Shown here one piece after another: positions 39,409 to 50,117 of a stretch of DNA of 64,000 nt. The first letter of the stretch is position 1, and each line of letters starts with the position of its first letter. The stretch lies in the NCBI GenBank assembly GCA_000092065.1, contig CP000581.1; one strand, given 5' to 3'. The notes under the pieces were generated by a model. The model was not told the origin of the DNA and did not search any database. It saw only the letters and a program-made list of their open reading frames with translations. The position numbers and the translations under genes were made by a program. This stretch comes from Ostreococcus lucimarinus. Taxonomy: Eukaryota.

Positions 39409-40605
39409 TTGTTAGTACGTGTCTCTCACGCGCTTCAAGGCGGCGTTCGCGCGTTGATGACGGATTTGCGCACGTTTGAGAATTCTGAAACGGACTCGAG
39501 AGCCTCGGCGCCAGCGGCGCGCGGCGGCGAAGACAACGCACTCGACGCGCCCACGCGCGAGCCGCTCGCGTCCGCGCAGGCGTGTCAGCGCGCGAATCAT
39601 AACGATACCGCGACGACGCGCGTTGACCTCGCGTTGGACGAGGGCGCGGCCGAAGTGTTGAAGGTGGGCGAGCTGCGTCTCGGGTGGGCCTCGGCGCCGG
39701 GATCGACGACGCGCGCGTGCTTGAAACACGCCATCACGTGTACGTGCGATTTCAGCGCTATCGATCAGACCTTAACGTGTGCAAACATGCTCGCGCGCGA
39801 AAGAGCGGAGAACGATGAGATGTGGGGGCGAGTTACGCGTGAGGACTATAACTCAAGACTGCGCGCGGTCCAACACGTGCGCTACAGATTGGTCGAAGGC
39901 ATCGTTCGAAGCGGCATCATGAATGATTTTTCCGTCGTCACAGCGTCGCTGGCGGTTAGATACATGGACTATTTCTTGACCACGAGCGGATACCAGATCG
40001 GAAACGATTCATTTTGGCTGTATCAGTTGCTGTCGGCGGCCTGTCTGTTCATCGCTTGCAAATTCGAAGAACCCGCGAACAATCTTCGAAATAGTGTGGG
40101 TACGAGATTGCAGCTGTCGAACGATATCTCGTTTGACCTCGCATCGCTGAAGAAGATGGAAGCCATCGTCCTTCGGGAGTTGAAGTGGAAAGTCTCGCGT
40201 ATAACGCCGCTTTGTTTCGTCCCGATCTTCTTTCGGTTAGTCGACTGCAAAGGGTTAGTTTGGCCGCAGCGAGACGGTTTCGATATCGACATGAGAATCG
40301 CCATCTTGAGAGAAGCCGAGCTTCTGACGACGACGGTGTTGTACGATGCAAGTGCACTGTGTTACTTCGAAAGCAGCGTGATCGCGAAGGCCATCATTTG
40401 CATTTTACTGGCAAAATTTTGTGACGACATCGGCAGCGATGAAATTGTGCCCACGGTAACGATGAACATCTTGAAGAAAGTGTACGCGGACGGCGACGCC
40501 GATTACTTTTCCTACGTGATTCGTCGGGTGACAGAATGCGTGCGCATTATCGAAGGAATGAAGGCGACTCTGAAACAGTACGCAGAGTCGATGGAACATT
40601 TGTGA
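39409..40605 (+). CDS. Cyclin (cyclin-box N-terminal domain).
   Basis: Cyclin-box pattern RLRAVQHVRYRLVEGIVRSGIMNDFSVVTASLAVRYMDYFL...LYQLLSAACLFIACKFEEP. Lower GC than neighbouring genes. Confidence 0.6.
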   Translation: MLVRVSHALQGGVRALMTDLRTFENSETDSRASAPAARGGEDNALDAPTREPLASAQACQRANHNDTATTRVDLALDEGAAEVLKVGELRLGWASAPGSTTRACLKHAITCTCDFSAIDQTLTCANMLARERAENDEMWGRVTREDYNSRLRAVQHVRYRLVEGIVRSGIMNDFSVVTASLAVRYMDYFLTTSGYQIGNDSFWLYQLLSAACLFIACKFEEPANNLRNSVGTRLQLSNDISFDLASLKKMEAIVLRELKWKVSRITPLCFVPIFFRLVDCKGLVWPQRDGFDIDMRIAILREAELLTTTVLYDASALCYFESSVIAKAIICILLAKFCDDIGSDEIVPTVTMNILKKVYADGDADYFSYVIRRVTECVRIIEGMKATLKQYAESMEHL

Positions 40606-40696
40606 GCGCGCGTGTTCGTGACGAAACGAGTATTCGAGATGATTGATGCGCTACCGATCGATGATTTGCTGCTTTGATAAAATACCTCCTTCACTT

Positions 40697-43661
40697 TTAC
40701 TTTCGAGAACCGCGCGTTCTACTACTTTCTTCCAACCTTGAATTCTTTAACTTTTCCAACATGATACACGCGCGTTCTCCTATCCAACCGCATATAGTTT
40801 TGAGCTTCCAGTCTTCGCCCTCGGGACCGAGCGTGATTAAAAGAAGCGATATGAAGACGAGCGCCCACACGAGAGAGCTCGCGATTGTCGTGGTGATCAA
40901 AAACGCGAATTTCGCGAAAAATTGTAGGGTACATAGCCAAAGGATCGAACCACTTATAACAGTCGTCACCGCTGAGGCGACGATCGACACGCCCATCGTT
41001 GCGAGCGCGTATTGCGTTCGATCGCCTCTCGACTTCATCGCCGCCGGCGCCTCGACGTAAGCGTTTCCTAAATGCACGCCGTAATCCACGCTGAGGCCGA
41101 TGAGAATGACCGCCGCAATAGTTTCGCGAATCCCTAAACTCCAGTGCATGACTCGATAAACGCCGATCCCAAGCACGCTTACCACGACGCCGGCGACGCT
41201 CACTGAACAAATGGACGCGACCAACACGTTCCCCGTGCTGATGCATAAGACGACAAACGCCATACAAAAGCAGATGCTAATTCCTTGAAATGTATTATCC
41301 ACCAACGTCTCTTGCATTCGCATCCATGTCCAAGCGACGTATGCAGTTTGTGACCCGCTCTTTACGCCGTCTGGGGCGACTTCATTCAGATTTCGGATCA
41401 AACCTTCGAATTCGTCGTGCACCCCTCGAGAGACGCTCGCTGGCGCTTGATGCATGAGGGTCGATTTCGTGGATACTTTCACAAAAAATAATTCGGGTTC
41501 ACCAGAGTTTTTGTTTGGTCGAAATCCAATTTGATGCGCGTATCGTGATCCCACCGACGACGAGCGAAACTCCCAAAGCTCGTCGAGGAAGCTGTCTCGA
41601 GGAACTGGAAAGTTTTCTTCGCCCACGTAATCGCGAAACGCCTCCATGAAACAATCCACGTCGCGCGTGAGTCGACCATCTCTACATCCTCTCGAAGAGC
41701 AGCTCGCGTGACGAAGCGTGAGACAGCTATTCAAAATGTGTACCTGCGATACCTCTGCGGAAACGTCGAAAGATTCGTCCAATTGCAATCTGCCCCTCGA
41801 CGCCAAATCCCATTGCGAAACGCTCGACATGTCCACGCCGAGCAAGCCCCAGAACACGTCCACAGCCACAACCAAGTCGTCGTCTGAACGCAAAAAGGCA
41901 GTCTGGTCGCGATCACTAAACTGCTGTACGAGGTGTTTCGATGAGTACCAGCGCTCGATTTTGGAGGGTGTCTCAAGACGCACGCAAAATCGTGCCGCGA
42001 CGATGAACATAGCCGTGAACGCACCGATCGTAACGAATCGTACGAATGGCCGCCTGAGCGTTTGATAGAACGGCCCGTGGAAGAATCGTTCAACACGACC
42101 GAGTTCTTTTGATTCGACGATCTCACTTTCGTTGATTTCTTTGCTCGCCGGCAAGAATTGGCGCCACGTCATGTTCTCGAAGTATCGTGCAAAAAGCACG
42201 AGAGCGGCTGGGAACAAGAGCACGTTTACGACGAACAATACAGCGATCATCGTCGCCGAAACTATCCCAAAAGCCGCCAGTGGCGTTATCGGTGACCACG
42301 CTGTGGCTAAAAACGCTCCTGTGGTTGTGAAAGACGTCACGAAGATGGCTTTCGACGCCCTGTCGGTGGAGTACATCAGGCGGTCGAAGAGAGCATCGCC
42401 GACTTCCGCTTCCGTCGCGCTCTGACGAAACGCATCAAAGTACACGAAAACATCATCGGCACCAATGCCGAGACAAATGAATATACTGAGCGCTTGAATG
42501 TTTCCGACGTATGGGATGCGAAAAATGAAACGGTAGATGAGCAACGCGATCGGGAAGGACACGAGAATCTCAAACATGCCGCACGTTGCGATGAACAGAG
42601 ATCTCGTGTTGAACGCCATGTACAGCCACACCGCGGCGATCGAGGCAATGGCCCACGCCAAGTCGCTCGCAATCACTCGGGCTGAGTCGCGCTCACGCAA
42701 GAATTCAGCATCCCAACGGGTGATCAAAGTAGCCCCCTTCGCGCGTTCGCGCGTTGACGTCATGTAAGGAGAGCTGACGAAGCTCCCTCGCATGCCGTAT
42801 CGACGAAACAGCGCGGTCTCGATGGGGTCAAGAAACGAAGCGAGCATCGCCTCTTGTTCATCCGGTCTGTCACTCGAACTCACGAATCCACGAAACGGTG
42901 TCCCAACGGGATACTTGGCGCGCGTGATTCCGACAGTCGCCGCGGTCGAGTCGAAATCGCCTAGAAAATATCCAAACGCGCTTAAATTGGTCGCGAATAC
43001 GTCCCGCACAACGGCGTCGACGTCGTCGACCATCGTTCCATCTTGATCGAAGAAATACGTCAGCGGCGAGAGATACGGCACACATCCGCGCGCGATGCCG
43101 AGCTCATCGTACTCGATTTGACAAAAATCTTCGTACCTGGCGAGCGCGATGGCTTCCACGTCTCGCATCGCCAGCAAGTTTTCTCTCGTAAACACACTCT
43201 TTCCGCGCACCGAGCTTTCCCACTGAAACATAAACGTCCCGCGTGCATTTTCTTCCGACCTCTCGCGCGTCTGGTGCGCCGTCGCCGCGCTTCCATTCGA
43301 CGCGTACCTGCGTTCGCGCCGCCGACGCGCGTTTCGTCAGTCTCGCCTCGCCTCGACGACGCCGACCGCCGCGCCTCGACCCCCCTCATCTCCCTCGTTC
43401 GACCCCCTCCCGCTCCGTCCTCGATCACGCGATCTCGTCTCGTCGCGCGCACCCGTCCAGCGTCTTCATCGCCATCCGCGCCGCGTCCGCGACGCTCGTG
43501 ATCCCATCCCTCGCGATGACCCACTCGCGCTCGCTCGGCGCTTGAAACTCCATCGCGCCGCCCAGGTACGACGCGAGCGCGCACGCCGTCGTCGCGATCG
43601 CGACGCACGACGCGCACGCGATCGGGCGTTCGTGCGCCGTCCTCGCGCATCGTCGCAGCAT
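40697..43661 (-). CDS. Patched/Dispatched-family RND-type membrane protein with a sterol-sensing domain. Two exons, about 43661..43453 and about 43307..40697.
   Basis: SSD motifs include SIFICLGIGADDVFVYFDAF, two TM bundles and two large loops. The main ORF lacks TM1, which lies in an upstream exon (MLRRCARTAHERPIACASCVAIATTACALASYLGG...KTLDG). Donor GG|GTGCGCGCGACG, branch GAGACTGACGAAACG and acceptor GCGAACGCAG|G join the two in phase. Confidence 0.65.
43308..43452 (-). other. Putative intron of the Patched-like gene (about 145 nt).
   Basis: Same donor, branch and acceptor grammar as the other introns in the window, and the phase is compatible. Exact boundaries are plus or minus a few nt. 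Confidence 0.5.
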
Positions 43662-43864
43662 CGCCGTCGCGCGCGCCGCTGTATCGAGCACCCAATCGCT
43701 CAATCCACGCGAATCGTCGCCCCGAGAACGCGAACCGTCACCGCCTCGATCGCCGCGATCGACCTCGCCGCGTCGCCGACGACGACGAGATTCAAACCAT
43801 CGCGCGGACCGCGGCGCGACGACGACGACGCGGACGACGACGCGCGATCGCGACGATCGACGCG

Positions 43865-45754
43865 ATGGCGACGATGGCGACCCGCGACGCGCGCGCGACG
43901 GCGCGACCGACGCGCGACGCGATGCTCTGGACGATCGAAGAGCTCGCGAGCGCGGGCGTCGACGCGACGACGCTGCGAAACCTGCTGCCGGTGGGACTCG
44001 CGGGCGAGGGCGCGCGGGCGGCGCGCGCGCGGAAGCGCGTGCGACATTTTTTTCTGCTGAGCGCGTCGATCGCGGCGATCGAAGGGGCGGAGGGAGAGGA
44101 GACGGAGAAGAGTCTGGAGGCGCATCGAGACGCGATGGCGCGCGCGAGAGACGCGTGCTTTCAGGAGGACGACGGCGACGAGGAGGATTTGATCGGCGAG
44201 GATACGGAGGCGTTTCGGGCGTACGTGAAGGCGGCGGAACGAGCGATCGAGGTGCTGGGGATGCGGGAGGCGTGCGAAGGGCTCGATGAGCGCCGTTCGG
44301 CGCGCGACGAGACGCCGCGAGACGCGGTGCGACGGGTGGTCGAGGAGTGGAAGGACGCTTTGCTCGGCGTCCACGGTCGGGACGTGGACGAGCACTTGGA
44401 TCGCATCGAGGACGCGTGGACGCGCAAGGCTGCGGATCGTTATCACAGATTGTGCGAGGTTGAGGAGTGGGACGAGCCGTCGCGCGCGTTGGTGAAAAAG
44501 GCGCTCGAGCTCTTGCGCGCCGAGCTTTGCGGGAAAGCGACGACGTTGACGACGGTGCAGGAGCACTTGGCGAACTCGTATTACGTGCCTTCGCGCGCAA
44601 AGCCAGGGTTCACGCTGGGTAAGCGTGATGATGGCGTGCGCGAGTGGGTTGACGTCGGCGCGCGTGGCGTGAAGCGCCGAGCCGAGACGAACGCGGACGC
44701 TTTCGTCTCGTCGCCATCGACCAAGCGAGTTCATTCAGAAGAAACATCTCCGGCCAAACCTCGTTCGTCTCCGGGACGATTAGGCGCCTTGCTGTCGAAG
44801 ACTATTTCGTGGGTGCGCAAATCGGTGGACGCGCCAGCGTTCATCAAATCACCCTTCGGCAAATCACCGCTCGGCAAGTCATCGCGGATCACGGCGTCGC
44901 AAACCATCGACGACGTAGAAGAAAGACGTACAGACGAAGTAGAAACTCTTGAAGACGACACGCCCCCCAGCGAGCACGAATCAGAAGAAGAAATAATGCC
45001 GACGCAAGTGCCTACGGGCTCGTATACTGACGAAGATGACGAAGACGAAGACGAAGATGAAGACAAAGACAAAGACCCGGAGCCATCTCCGACGCAAGTG
45101 CATACGGGCTCGTATACTGACGAAGATGACGAAGACGACGACGAAGATGAAGATGAAGACCCGGAGCCATCTCCGGCGCCGACGGAGCCGTCTCCGGCGC
45201 CGACGCAGACAATACAACCGGCTCCGCTCAAACGGCAAGGAAAAGTGTATCCGAAGGCACAACGACTGGTGTCGGTGAGAGCAGCACACGCGCGCTCACC
45301 TTTAACCGGCTCCGACGACGAGTACGACGAAATCGAAATCGAGGCGACGCCTGGCAATTACCTCGTGCCCCGCGTCAATCGACTCCAGCCAGTGAAGACC
45401 AGTGTCAAGCAATCCCCAACTCGTAAGAGAAAATACGAGAGACAAACAACAAGACGCGCGCCTGGACGCCCGAAGAACTGGACGCCCGAGGAAGAGACCG
45501 CCCTGATCGAGGGCGTGGAAAAGTTTGGCAGTGGCAAGTGGAAAACGATTTTAGCAGACGACGCGCGCGGTAAGAACGTTTTCGCCGCCAACGCCCGGAC
45601 AAACGTCGATTTGGCGAAAAAATGGTACCATCTACGCCCATCTCATTTGAGCAACATGTGGCGACAGCACGAGCAAGATCAAGAAATAGTGGCACGCCAA
45701 GAGAAACCTAAGTTGGATTACATTATCGACGCAATCCTAGAGGGCAGTCATTGA
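43865..45754 (+). CDS. Myb/SANT (telobox-type, TRF-like) DNA-binding protein with an acidic internal tandem repeat.
   Basis: C-terminal domain KNWTPEEETALIEGVEKFGSGKWKTILADDARGKNVFAANARTNVDLAKKWYHL resembles the telomere-repeat-binding Myb (VDLKDKW type). The central region is acidic. Confidence 0.6.
   Translation: MATMATRDARATARPTRDAMLWTIEELASAGVDATTLRNLLPVGLAGEGARAARARKRVRHFFLLSASIAAIEGAEGEETEKSLEAHRDAMARARDACFQEDDGDEEDLIGEDTEAFRAYVKAAERAIEVLGMREACEGLDERRSARDETPRDAVRRVVEEWKDALLGVHGRDVDEHLDRIEDAWTRKAADRYHRLCEVEEWDEPSRALVKKALELLRAELCGKATTLTTVQEHLANSYYVPSRAKPGFTLGKRDDGVREWVDVGARGVKRRAETNADAFVSSPSTKRVHSEETSPAKPRSSPGRLGALLSKTISWVRKSVDAPAFIKSPFGKSPLGKSSRITASQTIDDVEERRTDEVETLEDDTPPSEHESEEEIMPTQVPTGSYTDEDDEDEDEDEDKDKDPEPSPTQVHTGSYTDEDDEDDDEDEDEDPEPSPAPTEPSPAPTQTIQPAPLKRQGKVYPKAQRLVSVRAAHARSPLTGSDDEYDEIEIEATPGNYLVPRVNRLQPVKTSVKQSPTRKRKYERQTTRRAPGRPKNWTPEEETALIEGVEKFGSGKWKTILADDARGKNVFAANARTNVDLAKKWYHLRPSHLSNMWRQHEQDQEIVARQEKPKLDYIIDAILEGSH
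44998..45180. repeat. Tandem duplication of about 90 bp inside the Myb gene.
   Basis: Two near-identical units encode PTQVPTGSYTDEDDEDEDEDEDKDKDPEPS and PTQVHTGSYTDEDDEDDDEDEDEDPEPS. Confidence 0.8.
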
Positions 45755-45877
45755 CTTCGATGGCACTGTAAGAAAAAGAAACGCGAACTCCAACACTATA
45801 ACTCGTCTTCACTCGTCCGCTCGCAACAACCGCGCACGCAGTCCCATCTCTCGCGCCCAAACGCTCGAAGACTCTCC

Positions 45878-47029
45878 ATGGAGACGTTTACGCAGGGCGC
45901 GCGCAAGGCGCGCGCCACAGACGCGCTCATGCGCGATGAAAACGAAGTCGCCCAGCGCATTCGCAAGGATCGATTCAAAACCGTCGTCGTCTTGCTCACG
46001 CTCGGCGTCTTCGCCGCCGCGTTCCTGATGCTGAGCACGACCAACGTCGTCGCGTCACTCGGCGTGCGCGGCGGCGCGGTGAACGCCCTCGGACGCACGC
46101 TTCGAACGGGACGACAGGGCGGTCGCGCGCGATCCGGGGTGTTGGCGGGCCTGGGGTCGTCGCTCGAGCGCGGTCGGTCGGTCATGGCGCGGTTCGGAGC
46201 GCCCGAATTGAATACGCCGATATTTTTCGTTTCTGTCGGCACGACGGATGACGAAACGCAGATGAAGGATAGCTTGGAACGCATGCGCGTGAGATCGGGG
46301 TTGGAGCCGGAGACGCTGAAGCGGTTGGTGACGGTTTCTAAAGGCGTCGACGCCACGGCGTGGCCGGATAACACGCACTTGGTGGAGTATGCGGTGAAAG
46401 ATATTCGTACGTTAGCCGCCCAGCACGGCAACGTCCTCGCCGAGCTGCCGTGGGTGCAAATCATCGAGTTGAGTAAACAAACGCAGGATGGCAGGTTGCC
46501 CGTGGAGTGGCGACGGTTGGCGCATCACGTCGGTTGCATGTACGCCCACTTGTTCCAATGGCAGCTTGTCAAGGAGCAAAAGTTGAAGAAGGCGCTGATT
46601 TTTGAGTCCGACGGCGTGCAACAAACCGATCTACCCTTCGCTGAGGCGCAGAAAGCGATCGATCGCTTACCCGAAGACGCGGATTTATTGTTGTTCTCGT
46701 TTGGTAACACCCCCGGCGGCGACTTGGTGGACCAGTGGAAAGGCCACGGCGACGACGGCACTCCCGTTGACGTGCACTTATACAAGTGGAACAAATGGAA
46801 CGCCGTCGCGGGGTTACAATCTTACGTCATCACCGACAATTTCGTGCGCAAAGTACAGGAATACATCAGCCACAAGGGCGCCGACATGATCGACGCGTGG
46901 CTGTTGGGCAAGATGTGCGTCGTCGGTAAGGACAAGGATTGGAACATGCGCGGGTTAGGTGAGACGCAATTCATGCCCCCGGGGTCGAAACCCATCTTAA
47001 ACTGCTACCACGCCACGACGTGGAGTTGA
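45878..47029 (+). CDS. Type II membrane glycosyltransferase family 25-like protein.
   Basis: N-terminal signal anchor VVVLLTLGVFAAAFLML. The GT25-like core reads LAHHVGCMYAHLFQWQLVKEQKLKKALIFESDGV, following the G-C-x-x-(S/A)H...EDD pattern. Confidence 0.5.
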   Translation: METFTQGARKARATDALMRDENEVAQRIRKDRFKTVVVLLTLGVFAAAFLMLSTTNVVASLGVRGGAVNALGRTLRTGRQGGRARSGVLAGLGSSLERGRSVMARFGAPELNTPIFFVSVGTTDDETQMKDSLERMRVRSGLEPETLKRLVTVSKGVDATAWPDNTHLVEYAVKDIRTLAAQHGNVLAELPWVQIIELSKQTQDGRLPVEWRRLAHHVGCMYAHLFQWQLVKEQKLKKALIFESDGVQQTDLPFAEAQKAIDRLPEDADLLLFSFGNTPGGDLVDQWKGHGDDGTPVDVHLYKWNKWNAVAGLQSYVITDNFVRKVQEYISHKGADMIDAWLLGKMCVVGKDKDWNMRGLGETQFMPPGSKPILNCYHATTWS

Positions 47030-47153
47030 GCGTCGTCAGCGCCGCGATCATAGCGACGCGCGTTTGTCTCGCGTCTGTAGTCCCAATACTAGAATCCAAA
47101 CGAAATTGCATCGCTCCACACGCCGACGCGCGCCCTGCGCGCGCCCTCGCGCG

Positions 47154-48611
47154 ATGCCGCCGGACGCAACGCGACTCGTATCGTCTCCCACGCCGCACGG
47201 CTGCCTCAACGTCGTCGTCCACGGCGCGCGAAACGTCAAAAGTTCGAGCGCGTTGCGCATCCTGCGACTGCTCTGCGTCGTCGAATGCGCGGGCGCGCGC
47301 TTCAAAACCCGCTCTAAACGCACGCGCGGCGCACCGGACTGGCACGCCGCGGGACGTTTGACGTTTTCGTCCGCGCGCGACGCGCTCGAGGACGACGTCG
47401 TGCGGGTGAGCGTGTGGGACAAGCGGCACGGGGGACACAAGTGCATGGGGAGCGCCGAGACGCCGCTGCGAGACGTGGCGCTCGATTCCGGACGCGAACA
47501 GTGCGTGATGCTGACTGGGGGGAAATTTGATGGAGCGTACGTAACGCTGACGATGTGGAGGAGCGCGGGTGAGGCGAACAAAGGCGGAGAGGCGGCGGTG
47601 GAGGAGCCGGGAGACGCGCGCGCGAGCGACGAGGAGACGACGGCGATCGAAACGACGGCGACGAAGGATGCGGATGAGGCGAGCGAGGATGCCGCGCGAG
47701 AGGTCGTGGAGACGTTTGAGAGTTTTACTGCGGATGAGAATGACGATGAGGAACAGGTTGTGGTGGAGTCAGAGTCGACGCGGGCGGAGGAAGTCGCGGA
47801 GGACGAGGACGAGGACGAGTGGAGCGCGGCGTTGCGGCCTTCGAAACGCGCGACGGAGGAGGAAGCCACGGAGATGGAACCGACGACGGCGGATGAAAGT
47901 GATGCGCACGTGCACGATGAGGCGATGCGTGCTAATGCGGTCGCGCGCGCGTCGGAGATCGCTGATATATGGGCTGAGGATTCGATGGATGACATCGTCG
48001 TGGTGTCGCCGCCGCCTCAGCCGCGCGACCGGCCGCTGGACGAGCGGAGTGACGCGAGGGCAAATCGCGACGGAGCCGCGGACGAGCGAGCTAAGGCAAT
48101 AAATGAACTTCACACCGTGCGTCACGTGGTTTCGCCCGCAAAGCCGGTGTCAGCTCTGAAAGACGCGGATGTCGAGGTGTGCAGACTCGAGTCGGCGTCT
48201 CCCGAGCGGCCAATGAAATCAGCCATAAAGACGCCTCCGATGGTTTCCCCGCGTCAGCCGAAACAAATAGAAAACGAAGACGATTTAGTAGCTGCGCTGC
48301 TATCGCCAGGTCGAATGAACGGTGCGCGTGTGACGTTTGATGAACGTTTGATGCGAACGCAACTGCCCACGCGAACCGCAGCATCGCCAAAGACACCAAC
48401 GGCGCCGAAGACCGTGGCGCACAAAGTACCGATCGCGAACGGCGCGCCGAGGACACCATCGAGCGCACATCGTGGTGTGTTTGCAAAGAAGCTATTCGCT
48501 GAACAAGTCAAGCCGTTTTCGATGCCGACGAAGGCAGAGATCGACGAGGCACGACAACTCGCGATGATGTACGAACGCGCGGAAGCAGTGTTCGCCAGTT
48601 GGACGTTTTAG
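47154..48611 (+). CDS. C2-domain protein with a long acidic low-complexity region.
   Basis: Met 31 of ORF 47064..48611. The N-terminal C2-like block is GCLNVVVHGARNV...VRVSVWDKRHGGHKCMGSAETPLRDV. The remainder is E/D/A-rich. Confidence 0.45.
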   Translation: MPPDATRLVSSPTPHGCLNVVVHGARNVKSSSALRILRLLCVVECAGARFKTRSKRTRGAPDWHAAGRLTFSSARDALEDDVVRVSVWDKRHGGHKCMGSAETPLRDVALDSGREQCVMLTGGKFDGAYVTLTMWRSAGEANKGGEAAVEEPGDARASDEETTAIETTATKDADEASEDAAREVVETFESFTADENDDEEQVVVESESTRAEEVAEDEDEDEWSAALRPSKRATEEEATEMEPTTADESDAHVHDEAMRANAVARASEIADIWAEDSMDDIVVVSPPPQPRDRPLDERSDARANRDGAADERAKAINELHTVRHVVSPAKPVSALKDADVEVCRLESASPERPMKSAIKTPPMVSPRQPKQIENEDDLVAALLSPGRMNGARVTFDERLMRTQLPTRTAASPKTPTAPKTVAHKVPIANGAPRTPSSAHRGVFAKKLFAEQVKPFSMPTKAEIDEARQLAMMYERAEAVFASWTF

Positions 48612-48658
48612 TAGCAGTGAAATTAATAGGGTATCTAGGTTCTAAGACAACATATCCA

Positions 48659-49852
48659 TTAGGTTCCGTGCGTTTTTTGGATTTGAACGACGTCCTCGTC
48701 CTCGAGCACGTGCTCCTTACCCACGCGTTGCGGACGATGCTTCACGCTCGTCCCCCACACCAAGGCGTGCTTGAACGTGCGAATAATCGTCTTGTGCAAC
48801 TTGTTACAGAAATCTTCAACCGTGCAATTCTTCTTGTGCAGAATGATTGGTTCGTCGAAGTTCGGCTGCGTACCTCGCGGCATCGTGTACACGCGAATCA
48901 AATCGAGATACTCCCAAACCTTCTCCAACAAACCGTCCAAGTTCCACTCTTTTTCAGAAGACGTCATGACGTAGTGCTTCATGTCATCCATGAGCTGCAA
49001 TTCTTCCAACGAAACGGAGTCCATCTTATTCACCGCGTACACCGCAGGGGTGTAGATGCGGTTACCCTCGATGACATCAATCAATTCCTCATCCGTGCAA
49101 TCCGCGAAGAGCTTGACGTCGGCGTTGTGAATCTTGTACTCGGCGCAAATGCTCTTCACCGTCTCTTCGTCCAAGAAGGTTGTCTTCCCGTTGGGGTTAG
49201 GCGTGAACGCGATCCCACCTTTTTCTTTCCTGTTAAAAGTGATCGCCGGCGGTTTCTTGTTCAAGCGTATGCCCACACCCTCCAATTCGTGTTCGATTAA
49301 TTTGCGGTGCGTAAACGGCTTCAACGCGTCGAGCACGATGATTATCACGTCGCACGTTCTCGCCGTGGAAATCACCTGTCGACCGCGACCTTTGTTATCC
49401 TTCGCGCCTTCGATGATACCGGGAAGATCGAGCAACTGAATGCGAGCGCCTCTGTATTTAATCTATCGAGTCGAAGCAAAATCGTCGTCAGTCCTTCGTC
49501 GCCGAGCTCGACCGCGAACGTTAAAACTCACCACTCCCGGCACGCACGTCAGCGTCGTGAACTCATACGCCGCCGCCTCTGAAAAGACCCCCGTCAACTT
49601 CGTCAACAGCGTCGACTTTCCAACGGACGGAAACCCTACCAATCCCACTCGACAGTCCCCAGTCTTCGTGACGTCGAAGCCCTCGCCTTTGGGTCCACCC
49701 TTCGGTCCCGCGAGCTCGACCAGCTCTCGCTGCAGCTTACACAACCGCGCGCGAAGCGAACCGATGTGTGAGCTCGTCGCCTTGTTCACCTGCGTTCGGC
49801 TGATCTCCAGCTCGATCGCGGCGATTTTATCCATGATGGCGCCGTCACTCAT
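48659..49852 (-). CDS. DRG1: Developmentally regulated GTP-binding protein (Obg-family GTPase). Two exons: 49852..49532 and 49462..48659.
   Basis: Exon 1 reads [26 protein letters not shown]...[26 protein letters not shown]...TTLTCVPGV. Exon 2 reads [31 protein letters not shown]...TGS domain. The junction VPGV|[17 protein letters not shown] matches human DRG1 [21 protein letters not shown]. Confidence 0.85.
49463..49531 (-). other. Spliceosomal intron of DRG1 (69 nt).
   Basis: Donor GTG|GTGAGTTTTAACGTTCGCGG, branch GGACTGACGACGA, acceptor CTCGATAG|ATT. An in-frame TAG sits immediately upstream of exon 2. Confidence 0.8.
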
Positions 49853-50117
49853 GGTTCGATCTTTTATCCGACTCGAATCGCACGCGCGCGCGCGCGCTGC
49901 CGCTCGGTGATTCGCGCGCGTCGATCGACGGTGCGCGTCGTGTTTTCGCGCGTGGAAGCTTTCGCTCGCGCTCGTTCGCGCGCGTCGCGCTCTGCGGCGT
50001 CCGTCCCGAGCGATGTCCCAGCGAAAGCGTCCCGCCGACATTTGGACTTTTGGCGCTTCGCCACTTTTCGCCACATTCCGCGCCGCGCGGGCGCCGCGCG
50101 GGCGCCGCGCGGGCGCG

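Noticed and set aside
43060-43695. A 211-aa minus-strand ORF (MGARYSGARDGDAATMRE...) overlapping the Patched-like 5' region.
   Set aside because: It is Arg/Gly-rich with no transmembrane segment. The alternative frame encodes the missing TM1 and splices in phase to the main Patched-like ORF.
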